Part shown: one piece after another, positions 29,329-38,909 of the stretch
Numbering within the stretch: position 1 is the stretch's first letter
Layout: each line of letters opens with the position of its first letter
IMG/VR virus record: IMGVR_UViG_3300027026_000014
Location: 1,586 to 65,585 of that record
Reading direction: 5' to 3' (one strand)
DNA: 64,000 bases
Source of the DNA: a virus
Program-made: the position numbers and the translations under genes
Notes under the pieces: model-generated
Told to the model about the DNA's origin: nothing
The model's input: the letters and a program-made list of their open reading frames with translations, nothing else
Databases searched by the model: none

Positions 29329-30450
29329 TTAGATGGCGACGTCGAGCGACAGTACGCCGAAGTCTTCCTCGGTACCGTCCACATTGCTGTGGAACACCGG
29401 CTTGAGGATGCCAAGAATTTTGCCGATCGAGATACCCGGCTTATTCTTGTAGTCGAAGGTTTCTTCATCCCAGTACGGGTTGCCGATGTCGGCCAGCGCC
29501 AGGGACTGGGCACCGCAGATCGCCACACGGCAACCGTCCACATCGCCCGCGCCACCCCACTTGCTACCCCCCGCCAGGCCGGTGGTGTTGAACACATGGC
29601 GGTGCTCGTGGATCACCATGCCGTCCACCATCACAGAGTTGGAACCGGCAAACAGCAGGTTGGAGTTACCGCGAACGCCGGCGTTACGGATGTTCGCCAG
29701 GAAATCCGGGTCCAGCTTCAGGGTGGCCATAGCACGTGGGGTCACGAACACATGAAACATTTCCTCGCCGCCCTTGCCGCGTACGCCGCGCATGTACTTC
29801 TCTTTGGCAAATGCCTTAGCCTCCACCAGCGCCTTGTAGGACAGGCGGTCGGTCGGGGTCACGGAAGCAGTGTTACCCACTTCCAGGCGGCCGTTGGTGC
29901 CATCCCAGCGCAGGTGGCGGTTGGCAGACGGCGCGCTTACGTCTCCTGCAAACGCCAGATCGGCCAGGTTGTAGCCGGTGCTGTTGACCGGGCGGGCGCC
30001 ACCGTTGTTCTTCTGGGTAAAAGCCACACCCGCCATGGCCAGGAAGGCCATCTGGTCGATGCGGTCACCCAGCCAGTAGCCCAGCACGTCGCGGGACTGC
30101 TCGCGGAAACGGATCACCGAACGCTGTTCCGCCATACGACCGGCGGAGCGGTTCGCGTGACGCAGCTGGTCAATGGTGATGACTTTATCGTGGGCGGTAA
30201 TCGCTTCTTCGTTACCTTCCAGATCGTAGTCACCCACGGTACCGTCACCGGTCAGATCCGGGACGAGGTGAATAACGGCGCGGTCACCTTTTTCTGACTT
30301 GGTCAGTTCGGTAACGCGTTCAATCAGGGCGTTCGGGCCCTTACCGGTAAACTGAGCCAGGAAGCTCGAGTTGCGTGCTGCTTTCCAGACCTCGCGGGAC
30401 CAAACCGTCTTTTGCTCAGTCGTCAGTGCAGCAAAATTTGTATCAGCCAT
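29329..30450 (-). CDS. major capsid protein
   Basis: 373 aa, between scaffold and downstream virion genes, own promoter and flanked by terminators (high expression architecture). Confidence 0.7.
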   Translation of the reverse strand: MADTNFAALTTEQKTVWSREVWKAARNSSFLAQFTGKGPNALIERVTELTKSEKGDRAVIHLVPDLTGDGTVGDYDLEGNEEAITAHDKVITIDQLRHANRSAGRMAEQRSVIRFREQSRDVLGYWLGDRIDQMAFLAMAGVAFTQKNNGGARPVNSTGYNLADLAFAGDVSAPSANRHLRWDGTNGRLEVGNTASVTPTDRLSYKALVEAKAFAKEKYMRGVRGKGGEEMFHVFVTPRAMATLKLDPDFLANIRNAGVRGNSNLLFAGSNSVMVDGMVIHEHRHVFNTTGLAGGSKWGGAGDVDGCRVAICGAQSLALADIGNPYWDEETFDYKNKPGISIGKILGILKPVFHSNVDGTEEDFGVLSLDVAI

Positions 30451-30602
30451 TACGTGGCCTCCAAATTTTGAATCGATGGAATTTCACTGCGGAACCGTTC
30501 GGTGGTTGCCTTCCGTCCTGCGTATCGCCGCGGGATGAGCGAGGTCGGGAATCAGGGCTCCCTGGGCCCGGTTCGTCTCGTGAACCACACGCGATACCCG
30601 CA

Positions 30603-30621
30603 ATATATGCAATGCATATAT
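30603..30621 (-). promoter_or_regulatory. palindromic operator/promoter motif copy 2 (ATATATGCAATGCATATAT) within TTGAAT-N17-ATATAT promoter for capsid gene
   Basis: Reverse complement gives TTGAAT, 17-nt spacer containing palindrome, ATATAT. Confidence 0.6.
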
Positions 30622-30635
30622 TCGTATTCAACAAA

Positions 30636-30665
30636 AAAGACCCGGGAGTTTTCTCCCGGGCCAAG
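30636..30665 (-). terminator. rho-independent terminator after scaffold gene (CCCGGGAG-AAAA-CTCCCGGG + T6)
   Basis: Perfect 8-bp stem followed by TCTTTTTT in minus-strand transcript. Confidence 0.55.
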
Positions 30666-30698
30666 CCCCCGGTAACAAACCGGCCCTAAGGTGTCGGG

Positions 30699-31730
30699 TT
30701 AGTTAAAATCACCGCGCAGACGGCGCAGTTCCGTTTCGGTCAGATTGTCGAATTCCGCTTCCGTCAGCTCCATCACATTGACACTCGTCTCCTGCGCCGC
30801 ACGTGTAGTGCGCTCCCCACCCATCGCCGGTGGCTGTGCCGCGGCCGCCTGCACATTGCGCTCCACTGGGGTCGTGCGGGGTGCCGGTGTAGGTACCGGT
30901 GGCTGCGGGGTCGGCGGTTCCAGCAGTTCCGGGCGATGTAGTTTCACTACGTCTTCCGCCGCCTGTAGGACCGCATTCGCCGGGGAGTAGCCCTGGTTGA
31001 TATACGCATCGCGGAACACCTGGACCTTGCCCACCAGCTCTGCGTCAAAGCTGTCCGAGGTCGCGTCAAAGAATTCGAACTTCGCCTCGAGTTCATCCAC
31101 TGCCGCGTCATAGGCTTGCTGCTCGGTGCGCTTAGTTACGGTCTGGTCCGCTTCCTGCTGCGCCACACTGCGGCCGTATTCGATCAGTTTCTGATTCAGC
31201 TCCAACTGCTTGGCAGCTGCCTCGGCACTCTTGCCGTCCAGGATCAGTTCGTTGATCTCGGTCTGCAGCTGCACCATCTGATCATTCAGGTCGGCCTGCT
31301 GCTGGGTTCCCGGCGCCTGGCCCTGCTCCGGGTTGGCCGACTGCATCCGGGCTTCCAGCTCCGCGATCCGGCGCTTGGCCGCATCCAGTTGGCGGCGGCT
31401 TTGGTCGAAGCGCGCCTTCGGAATCATGATGTCCTTTTCGCGCTCGAGCTTGGCCGGGTCCACCTGATCCGCTGGTGGGTCTTCCGCGGGGGGATCTTCG
31501 GCAGGCGGATTCTCCGCGGGCGGATCTTCAGTAGGAGGGTCCTCTGCGGGGGGATCTTCCACAGGGGGATTTTCTGCCGACGGGTCCTGCGGGTCAGGTT
31601 CTTCTACCGGGGTTGCCGGTTCCAGGTTGTCGCCGCGGTCGGCCTCGCCGCCGCCGTGGTCCCAATCATCGTCAGCGCCAGGGAGGATGTCGGAAAAATT
31701 CATTGGCTGAAGGTCAGTTTCAGTGCCCAT
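30699..31730 (-). CDS. scaffolding protein
   Basis: 343 aa, highly acidic N-terminus with PAEDPP repeats, long coiled-coil, located between portal and capsid. Confidence 0.6.
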   Translation of the reverse strand: MGTETDLQPMNFSDILPGADDDWDHGGGEADRGDNLEPATPVEEPDPQDPSAENPPVEDPPAEDPPTEDPPAENPPAEDPPAEDPPADQVDPAKLEREKDIMIPKARFDQSRRQLDAAKRRIAELEARMQSANPEQGQAPGTQQQADLNDQMVQLQTEINELILDGKSAEAAAKQLELNQKLIEYGRSVAQQEADQTVTKRTEQQAYDAAVDELEAKFEFFDATSDSFDAELVGKVQVFRDAYINQGYSPANAVLQAAEDVVKLHRPELLEPPTPQPPVPTPAPRTTPVERNVQAAAAQPPAMGGERTTRAAQETSVNVMELTEAEFDNLTETELRRLRGDFN

Positions 31731-33792
31731 TGTTTGCTCCGGGTTGGGGTCGGGTTTGTGCTTGGAGAGAAATGGTGTCCAGCTTGTTCACAGCGGACAG
31801 CGTGGCCAGGTTCTGGCGCAACGTATTGTTCTCGCGGCTCATGGCCGTCTTGTGTTCCAGCTCGCGCAGCTGGCGTTCGTCATCGCGCTCCATGTCGACG
31901 ATCTTCGCCACATTAAGCTGCGACTGGCTCTGTAGGTTTTCGACCTTCGCGCGCTTCTCAGCCACTTCGGCCTCGGCTTTCTCGAGTTCAGCCATGGCAG
32001 CGCGCATGGCCATTTCCTGCTGCTCCGGCGACTGCTCGCCCAAGCCGGTCAGGCTGCGGACCTCCTCGGCAATCTCGTCCTTGTGCACGAGCTGGCTGTA
32101 CTGGATCACGCGGTAATCCGGGATCATCACACCGGCGTTGCGCAGGTTCAGCGCCTGGGCAAACTGCACCTCGTCGAAACTGTCGCGGGTCGGCATGGTG
32201 CCAATCACAATGTCGTATTTGCCGGTGGTCACATCGTTCAAGACGCTACCGTCCGGCATGACCTTGTTAATCGGCATCGCCACGCGCGGCGCGCCAGGCT
32301 CTGCTTCGTTGGTCACGAAGACGGTGCGCTCCTCGGTAATGAAATCCTGGATCAGCTCGAGCACCTTGCGCGCCAACAGGTGGCGGGTGCGCGCGAGAGA
32401 ATCCAACACCGGCTGCATCTGCACCAGGCCACGGGTCTCTTTCGATTCCAGCGCCACACCGGACACTTCCGGCGATTCGTCTCCCAGCAGGGCCGCATTC
32501 ACGCCGGAAATCTCGCGGATATTCAGCGCGGATTTCTGGGTAATACGGTCAATACCACTGGGGATCTGGTTCGGCTTGATCTTCTGGACTGCCCCCGCCA
32601 TGCCACGGCCAACCTCGAGGACCACGCCGGTCTTCGAGCCGTACTCTTTCAGCTCGTCCACCGACATATTGAGCAACGCACCGCGCTCCACCACCCAGCC
32701 GGAGTTGGCCGTGGTGTTCACGATGTGCAGCTCCTGGGAGCTGAGTTTGTTGAGCTGTTCCTGCGGGCTGATCAGATTGCGCACCACACCAAACGGCTTG
32801 CCGCGGCGGAAGTACGGGAAGTACGGCACCACGGTAAAGGTCTGGTACGGGCTCCACTCGTCGTGCAGCACGAAATGGTCGGCCGTCACGCGCCAGCGCA
32901 CTTTGCGCTTGGTCTTGCCGTAGACAAACACCCCGAACTTCCTGGCGATGGCCTCCGCCTCACTCTTGGTGGTGCCCGCCGGAAGTTCCCGTTGCAGTCC
33001 ATCGGCGTTGATCAGGGAGAAAATACGGGTGTTCTTGTAATACTGGCGCTCCACCACGCGCACACGCTTGATCCAGCGTTTGTCGCCCGCCGATGTCTCG
33101 ACGTAGGTGCGCGCGGTATCGCCAAAGGTATTGGTGGCCAGCTCGATCGAATCCCGGCCGAAGTAGTCATTGGTCGCCACGGCGTTCTGTAGCTTGGTCG
33201 CTACCTTGGTACCGTAGGTCTCCTCGATCTCCTCCACCGACATCCAGCGGGTGATGAAAACCTCGTTCCATTTGCGCGGGTCATAGTCCTTCGCATCCGG
33301 GTCCGGCACCACATCGCCGGGGTCGAGGTCCGTGATCCGCACCTCGCCGCGCAGGTTGTCGTCGAAGTCCATGCGCACGTCGAAGTAGCCGCGGTCCTGG
33401 ATCAGGCCATCGGCAAATACGGTGCTCTCCACCCAGGGCAGATCGTTGGCGTCGCCGATCGCCATCGCCATCTTGGTCAGGGCGAACGCATTTTCCGGGG
33501 TCGCACCGTCGGCCGGCTTGAACTGCATTTCCACCCGGCGGCCGGACTGTTCGCCCAGTACCACATTGATGGTCGGCAGCACCATATTGATGGTCAGTGC
33601 CGGGCGCCCTTCCGCCACCAGTTTCGCCAGATCCTCCGCGTCCCACTGTTCGCCGCGATAAAACCGCTCGAACTTGGCAGCGTCTTCCAGGTATTCCCGG
33701 TGTCCCGCATCCAGGGCGCGGGTGAACATCCGCCACTGCTCATCGGCAATGGCGGTCTCGTCTCTGGTCTGGTCGATGGCGGCTGGGGTCAT
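31720..33792 (-). CDS. portal protein
   Basis: 690 aa, downstream of terminase, C-terminal long helical/coiled-coil barrel-like region; size typical of P22-like/podoviral portals. Confidence 0.75.
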   Translation of the reverse strand: MTPAAIDQTRDETAIADEQWRMFTRALDAGHREYLEDAAKFERFYRGEQWDAEDLAKLVAEGRPALTINMVLPTINVVLGEQSGRRVEMQFKPADGATPENAFALTKMAMAIGDANDLPWVESTVFADGLIQDRGYFDVRMDFDDNLRGEVRITDLDPGDVVPDPDAKDYDPRKWNEVFITRWMSVEEIEETYGTKVATKLQNAVATNDYFGRDSIELATNTFGDTARTYVETSAGDKRWIKRVRVVERQYYKNTRIFSLINADGLQRELPAGTTKSEAEAIARKFGVFVYGKTKRKVRWRVTADHFVLHDEWSPYQTFTVVPYFPYFRRGKPFGVVRNLISPQEQLNKLSSQELHIVNTTANSGWVVERGALLNMSVDELKEYGSKTGVVLEVGRGMAGAVQKIKPNQIPSGIDRITQKSALNIREISGVNAALLGDESPEVSGVALESKETRGLVQMQPVLDSLARTRHLLARKVLELIQDFITEERTVFVTNEAEPGAPRVAMPINKVMPDGSVLNDVTTGKYDIVIGTMPTRDSFDEVQFAQALNLRNAGVMIPDYRVIQYSQLVHKDEIAEEVRSLTGLGEQSPEQQEMAMRAAMAELEKAEAEVAEKRAKVENLQSQSQLNVAKIVDMERDDERQLRELEHKTAMSRENNTLRQNLATLSAVNKLDTISLQAQTRPQPGANNGH

Positions 33793-33817
33793 AGAACAGG
33801 GGTTCGGCTTCGGCTTC

Positions 33818-33836
33818 GTATGCGCATTGCGTATAT
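33818..33836 (-). promoter_or_regulatory. palindromic operator/promoter motif copy 3 (GTATGCGCATTGCGTATAT)
   Basis: Upstream of portal gene start. Confidence 0.5.
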
Positions 33837-33864
33837 TCTAGGTATGCAGGTAGCCGTGATCTAC

Positions 33865-34290
33865 TTAAACACCCGTGGAACCGTAGCCGCCGTCACCGCG
33901 CACCGTATCGTCAAGGAACGCGATCTCCGCCGTCTCCCCCATCACACAGGGGGTCACGACCATCTGCGCAATGCGGTCGCCAGCATTCACCTGGTACGGG
34001 CGCGGACTGAAGTTGCGCAGCAGCACCTTTACCTCGCCGCGAAAGTCCGCATCGATCACCCCGGCGCCCACGTCCAGGAAATACTTCGCCGACAAGCCGG
34101 AGCGCGGCCGCACAAGCCCCACGTGCCCCTCCGGGATTTCCCAGGCGAAACCGGTCGGTAGCAGTACCTGGTCATGCGGGCGGATCAGGCAGTCCTCAAC
34201 CGAGACCAGATCATATCCGGCGGCCTGCTCGGTCGCGCGTAGCGGGTTCGGGAACAGGTGTTCACCCACACGGGTAATGTAGATTTTCAA
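33865..34290 (-). CDS. dut: dUTP diphosphatase
   Basis: AGYDL, RSGL, GVIDADYRGE-like (GVIDADFRGEV) and C-terminal glycine-rich motif typical of dUTPase. Confidence 0.85.
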   Translation of the reverse strand: MKIYITRVGEHLFPNPLRATEQAAGYDLVSVEDCLIRPHDQVLLPTGFAWEIPEGHVGLVRPRSGLSAKYFLDVGAGVIDADFRGEVKVLLRNFSPRPYQVNAGDRIAQMVVTPCVMGETAEIAFLDDTVRGDGGYGSTGV

Positions 34291-34598
34291 TGTCGGGTCT
34301 CCGGGTTCTGGGTTACGTTGTTGGTTTCATTCAGTTCGCCTTCCACAAAGCGGTCATGGAACTGGTCGGGGGTGAAAATATCCACCTCGCCGTGCGGGAA
34401 CAGTACCAGCCAGCAACCGGGGACCGGCGGGTGGAAGTTGTCGCAGCTGTAGCGGCTATCTGCGGCGATCAGGAACGGGGGACGGCTGCCGCATTCCAGC
34501 ACCACCCGGCTCGGGTCCATGGGGTGGGCGAACAAATTACTGATGCGAAACGCCTGCACCTGCTGCGGTAACAAAACGAATTGGTTGCTCTCGGGCAT
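34287..34598 (-). CDS. hypothetical protein (103 aa)
   Basis: ATGA overlap with dut. Confidence 0.3.
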   Translation of the reverse strand: MPESNQFVLLPQQVQAFRISNLFAHPMDPSRVVLECGSRPPFLIAADSRYSCDNFHPPVPGCWLVLFPHGEVDIFTPDQFHDRFVEGELNETNNVTQNPETRH

Positions 34599-34815
34599 CG
34601 GGGGACTTCCTCTGCTTGTGAAAGGTGCGGTAGAACCACTTCAGGGTCGGGTGCCGGAACCGCTTGTCGAGGCGACCCTTGTTGTTCACGTAGATGTGGA
34701 AACTCTTGCAGCTGATCTCGAACCGCGCGCACGTCTTCTGGTGTTTGCAGTCCTCGCAGGGGTAAGGCTCATCCAGAACCGTGGGAGAAACATCACCTTC
34801 TTGCATATCAGGCAC
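34537..34815 (-). CDS. hypothetical Cys-containing basic protein (92 aa)
   Basis: Start overlaps terL stop; CEDCKHQKTC motif. Confidence 0.3.
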   Translation of the reverse strand: MPDMQEGDVSPTVLDEPYPCEDCKHQKTCARFEISCKSFHIYVNNKGRLDKRFRHPTLKWFYRTFHKQRKSPDAREQPIRFVTAAGAGVSHQ

Positions 34816-36253
34816 CCATGTGTGTGGCCCCGGTCGATTGCCGACGGGTCAGTTCGTTGAGCTTGTCCCGCCAGGACGGTTTCTTCTCAACCTGCTCGGG
34901 GGTAATGGTGAACTCCTGCATCATCTGGCCGATCCACGCCAGGCCATCGACCTGGTCGTCGTGGACCCCGCTCGGGAATGCCAGCAATTCCTGTATCAGG
35001 CTGTCGATCCAGCCATTGCTGCCCGGGCGCGGGAACATCACCATGCCCTGGCGCATGCGCCCCTGGATCGGCCGCGCACGCAGCTGCTTGTCGCGCTTGC
35101 CGGGCTTCAACCCTTTCTCGTCATAGGGGAAGTCCCACAGCTTTCGCTCGGCCATACGCCGCTGCAGCAGCGGCCCTATCGCCATCGATATCTGGCCCCG
35201 TTCCAACCCCACTGCGGTTTCCCGCCAGAGTTCGAAGTTGTCCAGTATCTGGTCGCAGATACCAAGGGAATCCCATCGTCCGCGGCGCACGTCCAGTACC
35301 CAGATCCGCTCAGAGCGATCAACACCCACAGTAACGCCCACGGTCCAGTCGTTGCTTTCCCTCTCGCCGATGGCAAGGTCCCACGCCGAATAGCGCGTAA
35401 GCTCACCGAGTGGCGGGAGGTCTTCCGGTTCGTAAAACCTAAAAAATTCGCGGCGGAAATAGTCACCCTCGTCTCCCGTGGGCTGCTGTTGGTAGAGGGC
35501 CTGCCAGTCGCGCGGACCGACGGCACGGCGGATACGGTGGAGCGCTTCCAGCGGATAGCGCGCCGGGTGCAGGGCTTCGCCCTTCTTGCGGTGTGTCTCA
35601 TCTTGCTCCGCGATCGCCGGGTACATGACCACTTCCCACTGATCGCCACCGTCTTCCGCCTCGCGCAGAAGCCAACCGGCGAGGTCGTCGTGGTGCCAGC
35701 GGGTCAAAATCACCAGGATGCCGGCACCGGGCGCCAGGCGGGTGTAGAACGTCGAGGTGTACCAATCCTTCTGGCTGTCGCGCACCGTCTGGGATTCGGC
35801 CTCCTCGCGGTTTTTCACCGGGTCATCAATAATGCCCACGTGCATCCCGTTACCGGTCAACGGGCCCGATACACCCGCGGCCATGTAACTGCCACCCTTG
35901 GTGGTCATCCAGTTTTCGAGGCTCTGGGTATCGGGATCGAGAACACAGTTCGGGAACAGTTCGCCGAAACCGGGCTCACGCAGCATCGAGCGCACCTTGC
36001 GCGAGAATTTCAATGCGAGGGAAGACGAATACGAAACCGCGATAATCTCGTGTTCCGGGTGCTTGCCCAGGTGCCAGGCGGGGAAGTTACGGGAGGCAAT
36101 CTCGCTCTTACCGTGCCGTGGCGGCATAAAGAGCATGAGTCGCGGGGATTTTTTGTCGGCGACGTCCTGTGAGAACTTTTCCAGTCGCGCGCAGATATCG
36201 TGGTGCACCCACCCTGCTTCATAGGACGGCAGGAAACGGGTGATAAACGGCAT
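34808..36253 (-). CDS. terL: terminase large subunit
   Basis: 481 aa; N-terminal ATPase region with Walker A-like PPRHGKSE, downstream nuclease domain; typical phage TerL layout and position. Confidence 0.85.
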   Translation of the reverse strand: MPFITRFLPSYEAGWVHHDICARLEKFSQDVADKKSPRLMLFMPPRHGKSEIASRNFPAWHLGKHPEHEIIAVSYSSSLALKFSRKVRSMLREPGFGELFPNCVLDPDTQSLENWMTTKGGSYMAAGVSGPLTGNGMHVGIIDDPVKNREEAESQTVRDSQKDWYTSTFYTRLAPGAGILVILTRWHHDDLAGWLLREAEDGGDQWEVVMYPAIAEQDETHRKKGEALHPARYPLEALHRIRRAVGPRDWQALYQQQPTGDEGDYFRREFFRFYEPEDLPPLGELTRYSAWDLAIGERESNDWTVGVTVGVDRSERIWVLDVRRGRWDSLGICDQILDNFELWRETAVGLERGQISMAIGPLLQRRMAERKLWDFPYDEKGLKPGKRDKQLRARPIQGRMRQGMVMFPRPGSNGWIDSLIQELLAFPSGVHDDQVDGLAWIGQMMQEFTITPEQVEKKPSWRDKLNELTRRQSTGATHMGA

Positions 36254-36500
36254 GAGTTTGCGGCGGGCCAGCTCACGGCGAGCCAGCTCCTCAATGGCGG
36301 CCTGCTGGGGTTCAACAACTCTGTTGCCGGTCTCCCGGGCCAGCTCGGCAAACGCCTCGCGCTGCCCGCGGTCTTTATCGAGCAGCGCCGCGCGCCGGGA
36401 CTTGCGATCCGGGTACTGTGAATGGCAGGTACTGCACAGCCCCTCAATACGCAGGGTCGTGAACGTCTCCTGCTCGCACAGTGGGCATTGGAAAGTGGAC

Positions 36501-37025
36501 TCAGTCTCCAGAGTCGGGTTGCTCTGCCTGTCCCTCGATTAAGACACCGTCAAAGGCCGGCCCGGCAAGTTCCAAGAGCTTCGCATCTGGAAGCCGTTCC
36601 AGCTGCTTGATGCTCTCCACATTGCCGATATTGATTTCCACCGCCGCTTTCTTGCTGTCCGGATAGAGCCCGTGCAGCTTGGCCAGTTCCCGGGTTGCCA
36701 TCACCATTTCGGTCGCGGTACCAGCGCGGTGGTAGGCCTCAAGAAACATGGACGTGATCGAATCCAGCGTGATCCGTACATCATCGAACTCGCGCTTGCG
36801 CAGGTGCTCCATGATGGCGACCGCGTTCTCCGAGCGCAGGAAGTTCTGCGCAGAGGAAACGCTTTTATAACCGGCGCCCTGAGCGGCCGCCTTGATCGCC
36901 TGCCCCCGCATATACAGCAGGATCAGCTGTTCCTGTTGGCTCGTCAGCGGTTTGAGCTTCAACATAGGGTACAGCGATTGTAGGTAGGCAATCTCGCTGT
37001 CTTGGATCAGTGCACCCATAATCAA
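36501..37025 (-). CDS. terS: terminase small subunit
   Basis: 174 aa immediately upstream of terL; helix-rich DNA-binding-type N-terminus. Confidence 0.6.
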   Translation of the reverse strand: MIMGALIQDSEIAYLQSLYPMLKLKPLTSQQEQLILLYMRGQAIKAAAQGAGYKSVSSAQNFLRSENAVAIMEHLRKREFDDVRITLDSITSMFLEAYHRAGTATEMVMATRELAKLHGLYPDSKKAAVEINIGNVESIKQLERLPDAKLLELAGPAFDGVLIEGQAEQPDSGD

Positions 37026-37026
37026 A

Positions 37027-37045
37027 GTATATGCATTGCGTATAT
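37027..37045 (-). promoter_or_regulatory. palindromic operator/promoter motif copy 4 within TTGACA-N16/17-TATACT promoter for terS
   Basis: Reverse complement: TTGACA GAATATACGCAATGCA TATACT. Confidence 0.6.
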
Positions 37046-37049
37046 TCTG

Positions 37050-37463
37050 TCAACGCCGAAATGCGTTTTCAGCACCGACGGTTTCAGGCCGGTTCTTCAC
37101 CCGCTCGATAAAATCAAACACCACCTGATCGGTGAAGATGGATTTGGCCTGATTGAAGATGTAACAGACCACCTGCACATTGCCGCGCTCGTAGCCTTTC
37201 GCGTTATCGATGCGATCGAGCGACGGACTGTACGGGTTCTGGGTGGCCCCGGTCACCGGGTCCCGGAGCTGTAACGGAATCCCCGTCTGCGCGCAGCGGT
37301 AATCGTTTTCCGCCAGCAGCTCCATCACATACGCCAGGTCGATCTCGAACCCCAGACCCTTGCCCTGGGCCCGGGATCGGGCCTGGTGCAGGATCTTGCG
37401 TATACGGGTGGGCCAGTCGGTCGCGGTTCGCTGCCGCTGGCGCGTGTTGGCGTCTACCGCCAT
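37050..37463 (-). CDS. HNH homing-type endonuclease (terminase-associated)
   Basis: SLDRIDNAKGYERGNVQVVC...N.AK HNH motif; position adjacent to terminase genes. Confidence 0.7.
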   Translation of the reverse strand: MAVDANTRQRQRTATDWPTRIRKILHQARSRAQGKGLGFEIDLAYVMELLAENDYRCAQTGIPLQLRDPVTGATQNPYSPSLDRIDNAKGYERGNVQVVCYIFNQAKSIFTDQVVFDFIERVKNRPETVGAENAFRR

Positions 37464-37469
37464 CGAGTC

Positions 37470-37997
37470 TTAGGCCACTTCTTCCATAAACAGCAGTCCG
37501 TAGCCTTCGTCGAACTGCTTCTTCGGACTCCAACTCTCGTGGTGGTCTTCGGTGTCCTTGCCGTAGATCACCAGATAGCCCTCATCCTCGGGGTTCTCGT
37601 CGGCCGGGATCTGCCAGCCGCGGTACCGGTTGTACTCGCCGCGTTTCATCGGTCGGGCGTGCACGACCTTGTGGCATAGATACACGCCCAGGTCATCGGG
37701 GCAGTCCGCCAGCATCTGGTCGATCTCGCGATTGGCTTCCGCACACAGGAATGTCTCCTCTTTGAGCAGGTAGCCTTCCAGCGGCCAGATCTTGTCGAAG
37801 GCATTCTGGTAGGCAATGCGCTCGCCAATCTCCTGGTCGTAGTTCTCCGGGCTCACGCAGGCGCTCTCACCGGTCACGGTAAAACCGTTCTGCAGCGTCA
37901 GCACGCACACCGTCAAAACATCGGTCAGGCGATGGAAAGTTTTATCTACGATTTTGGCTTCGATCTGCTCGGGGGTTACGCGCGGGGCATCGGTCAT
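37470..37997 (-). CDS. hypothetical protein (175 aa), first gene of leftward late operon
   Basis: ORF; short overlap-free spacing to HNH gene. Confidence 0.4.
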   Translation of the reverse strand: MTDAPRVTPEQIEAKIVDKTFHRLTDVLTVCVLTLQNGFTVTGESACVSPENYDQEIGERIAYQNAFDKIWPLEGYLLKEETFLCAEANREIDQMLADCPDDLGVYLCHKVVHARPMKRGEYNRYRGWQIPADENPEDEGYLVIYGKDTEDHHESWSPKKQFDEGYGLLFMEEVA

Positions 37998-38425
37998 AGC
38001 GGGATCTCGTTACTTGGGGGAGCCCCCAGAATACGGATTAACCAGTGCGTGATCGACAAAACTGGCCGCAAGGTTCCCGGCCCGGGACCTAGAGCCCGGA
38101 ATCGCTATTTATGTACAGATTTCGGGATTTTCTATACACGTCCCAGGTTCGGGGTTCGCGGAAAAATTCGCGGAAAAATTTTCAAAAAATTTTTTTGACC
38201 CCATGCCTGTGGCTCATCTTCCCCTACCCGAAAAGACACTGTCACCCTTCCCCGATTTCGATTCCCGAACCCTGAACCTACTTTTCCGGCCAGGGACCCC
38301 TATTCCAAGTCCGGGGTTCCAGGCCCGGGGATCGAGGTCCTAGGCCCGCGCATCAATAACCGCTGGTCCTGCGCCGAATAGGAGAGGGTTGGCTGCGACG
38401 TATTCAATCAACAGGAGATCCGAAT

Positions 38426-38647
38426 ATGTCCCAGTTCACCACTGTCCGTTCCTACATGCGCGCCTGCGGTGGCGTGCAGCTGATCGTCCGCTGTGCCGAA
38501 GGCAGCACCCCGCGCCAGCTGAAGAAGTGGCTCGACGGCGATGCCGAGATCGTCGATGTCCGCCGCAACGACGCCGGCCACATCTACGCCGCGGTCAACA
38601 CCAGCATCGATACCGCGCTCCACGTCGGCCTGCCGATGCGCGCCTAA
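38426..38647 (+). CDS. small early protein (73 aa)
   Basis: AGGAGA RBS, followed by terminator hairpin. Confidence 0.5.
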   Translation: MSQFTTVRSYMRACGGVQLIVRCAEGSTPRQLKKWLDGDAEIVDVRRNDAGHIYAAVNTSIDTALHVGLPMRA

Positions 38648-38664
38648 GCCCCGAGAGGGGCTTT
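38648..38664 (+). terminator. terminator-like hairpin GCCCC-GAGA-GGGGC + TTT
   Basis: Sequence. Confidence 0.35.
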
Positions 38665-38699
38665 CCCCCGTGCAATCCATAACCACGGGAGATACCCCA

Positions 38700-38828
38700 A
38701 TGCGCTTACTCACGATTCTCGGTTTCACCATCGCGATCGCGGTCCTCGGTTCCAAGGCCCTGTCCGCGGGCCTCGGCTCGATCGGCCAGTACAAGGCCGC
38801 CCAGCAGGAGGCACTGGCCCATGTTTAA
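38700..38828 (+). CDS. small hydrophobic peptide (42 aa)
   Basis: GGGAGA RBS 7 nt upstream; TM-like sequence LLTILGFTIAIAVLG. Confidence 0.3.
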   Translation: MRLLTILGFTIAIAVLGSKALSAGLGSIGQYKAAQQEALAHV

Positions 38829-38909
38829 GATCATCGGATACTGCTGCCTCGCCTATACCCTGTTTGGTCTGCTCGTCGGCGGCTGCCTGCTGCTTGCGGG
38901 CCTCTGACC

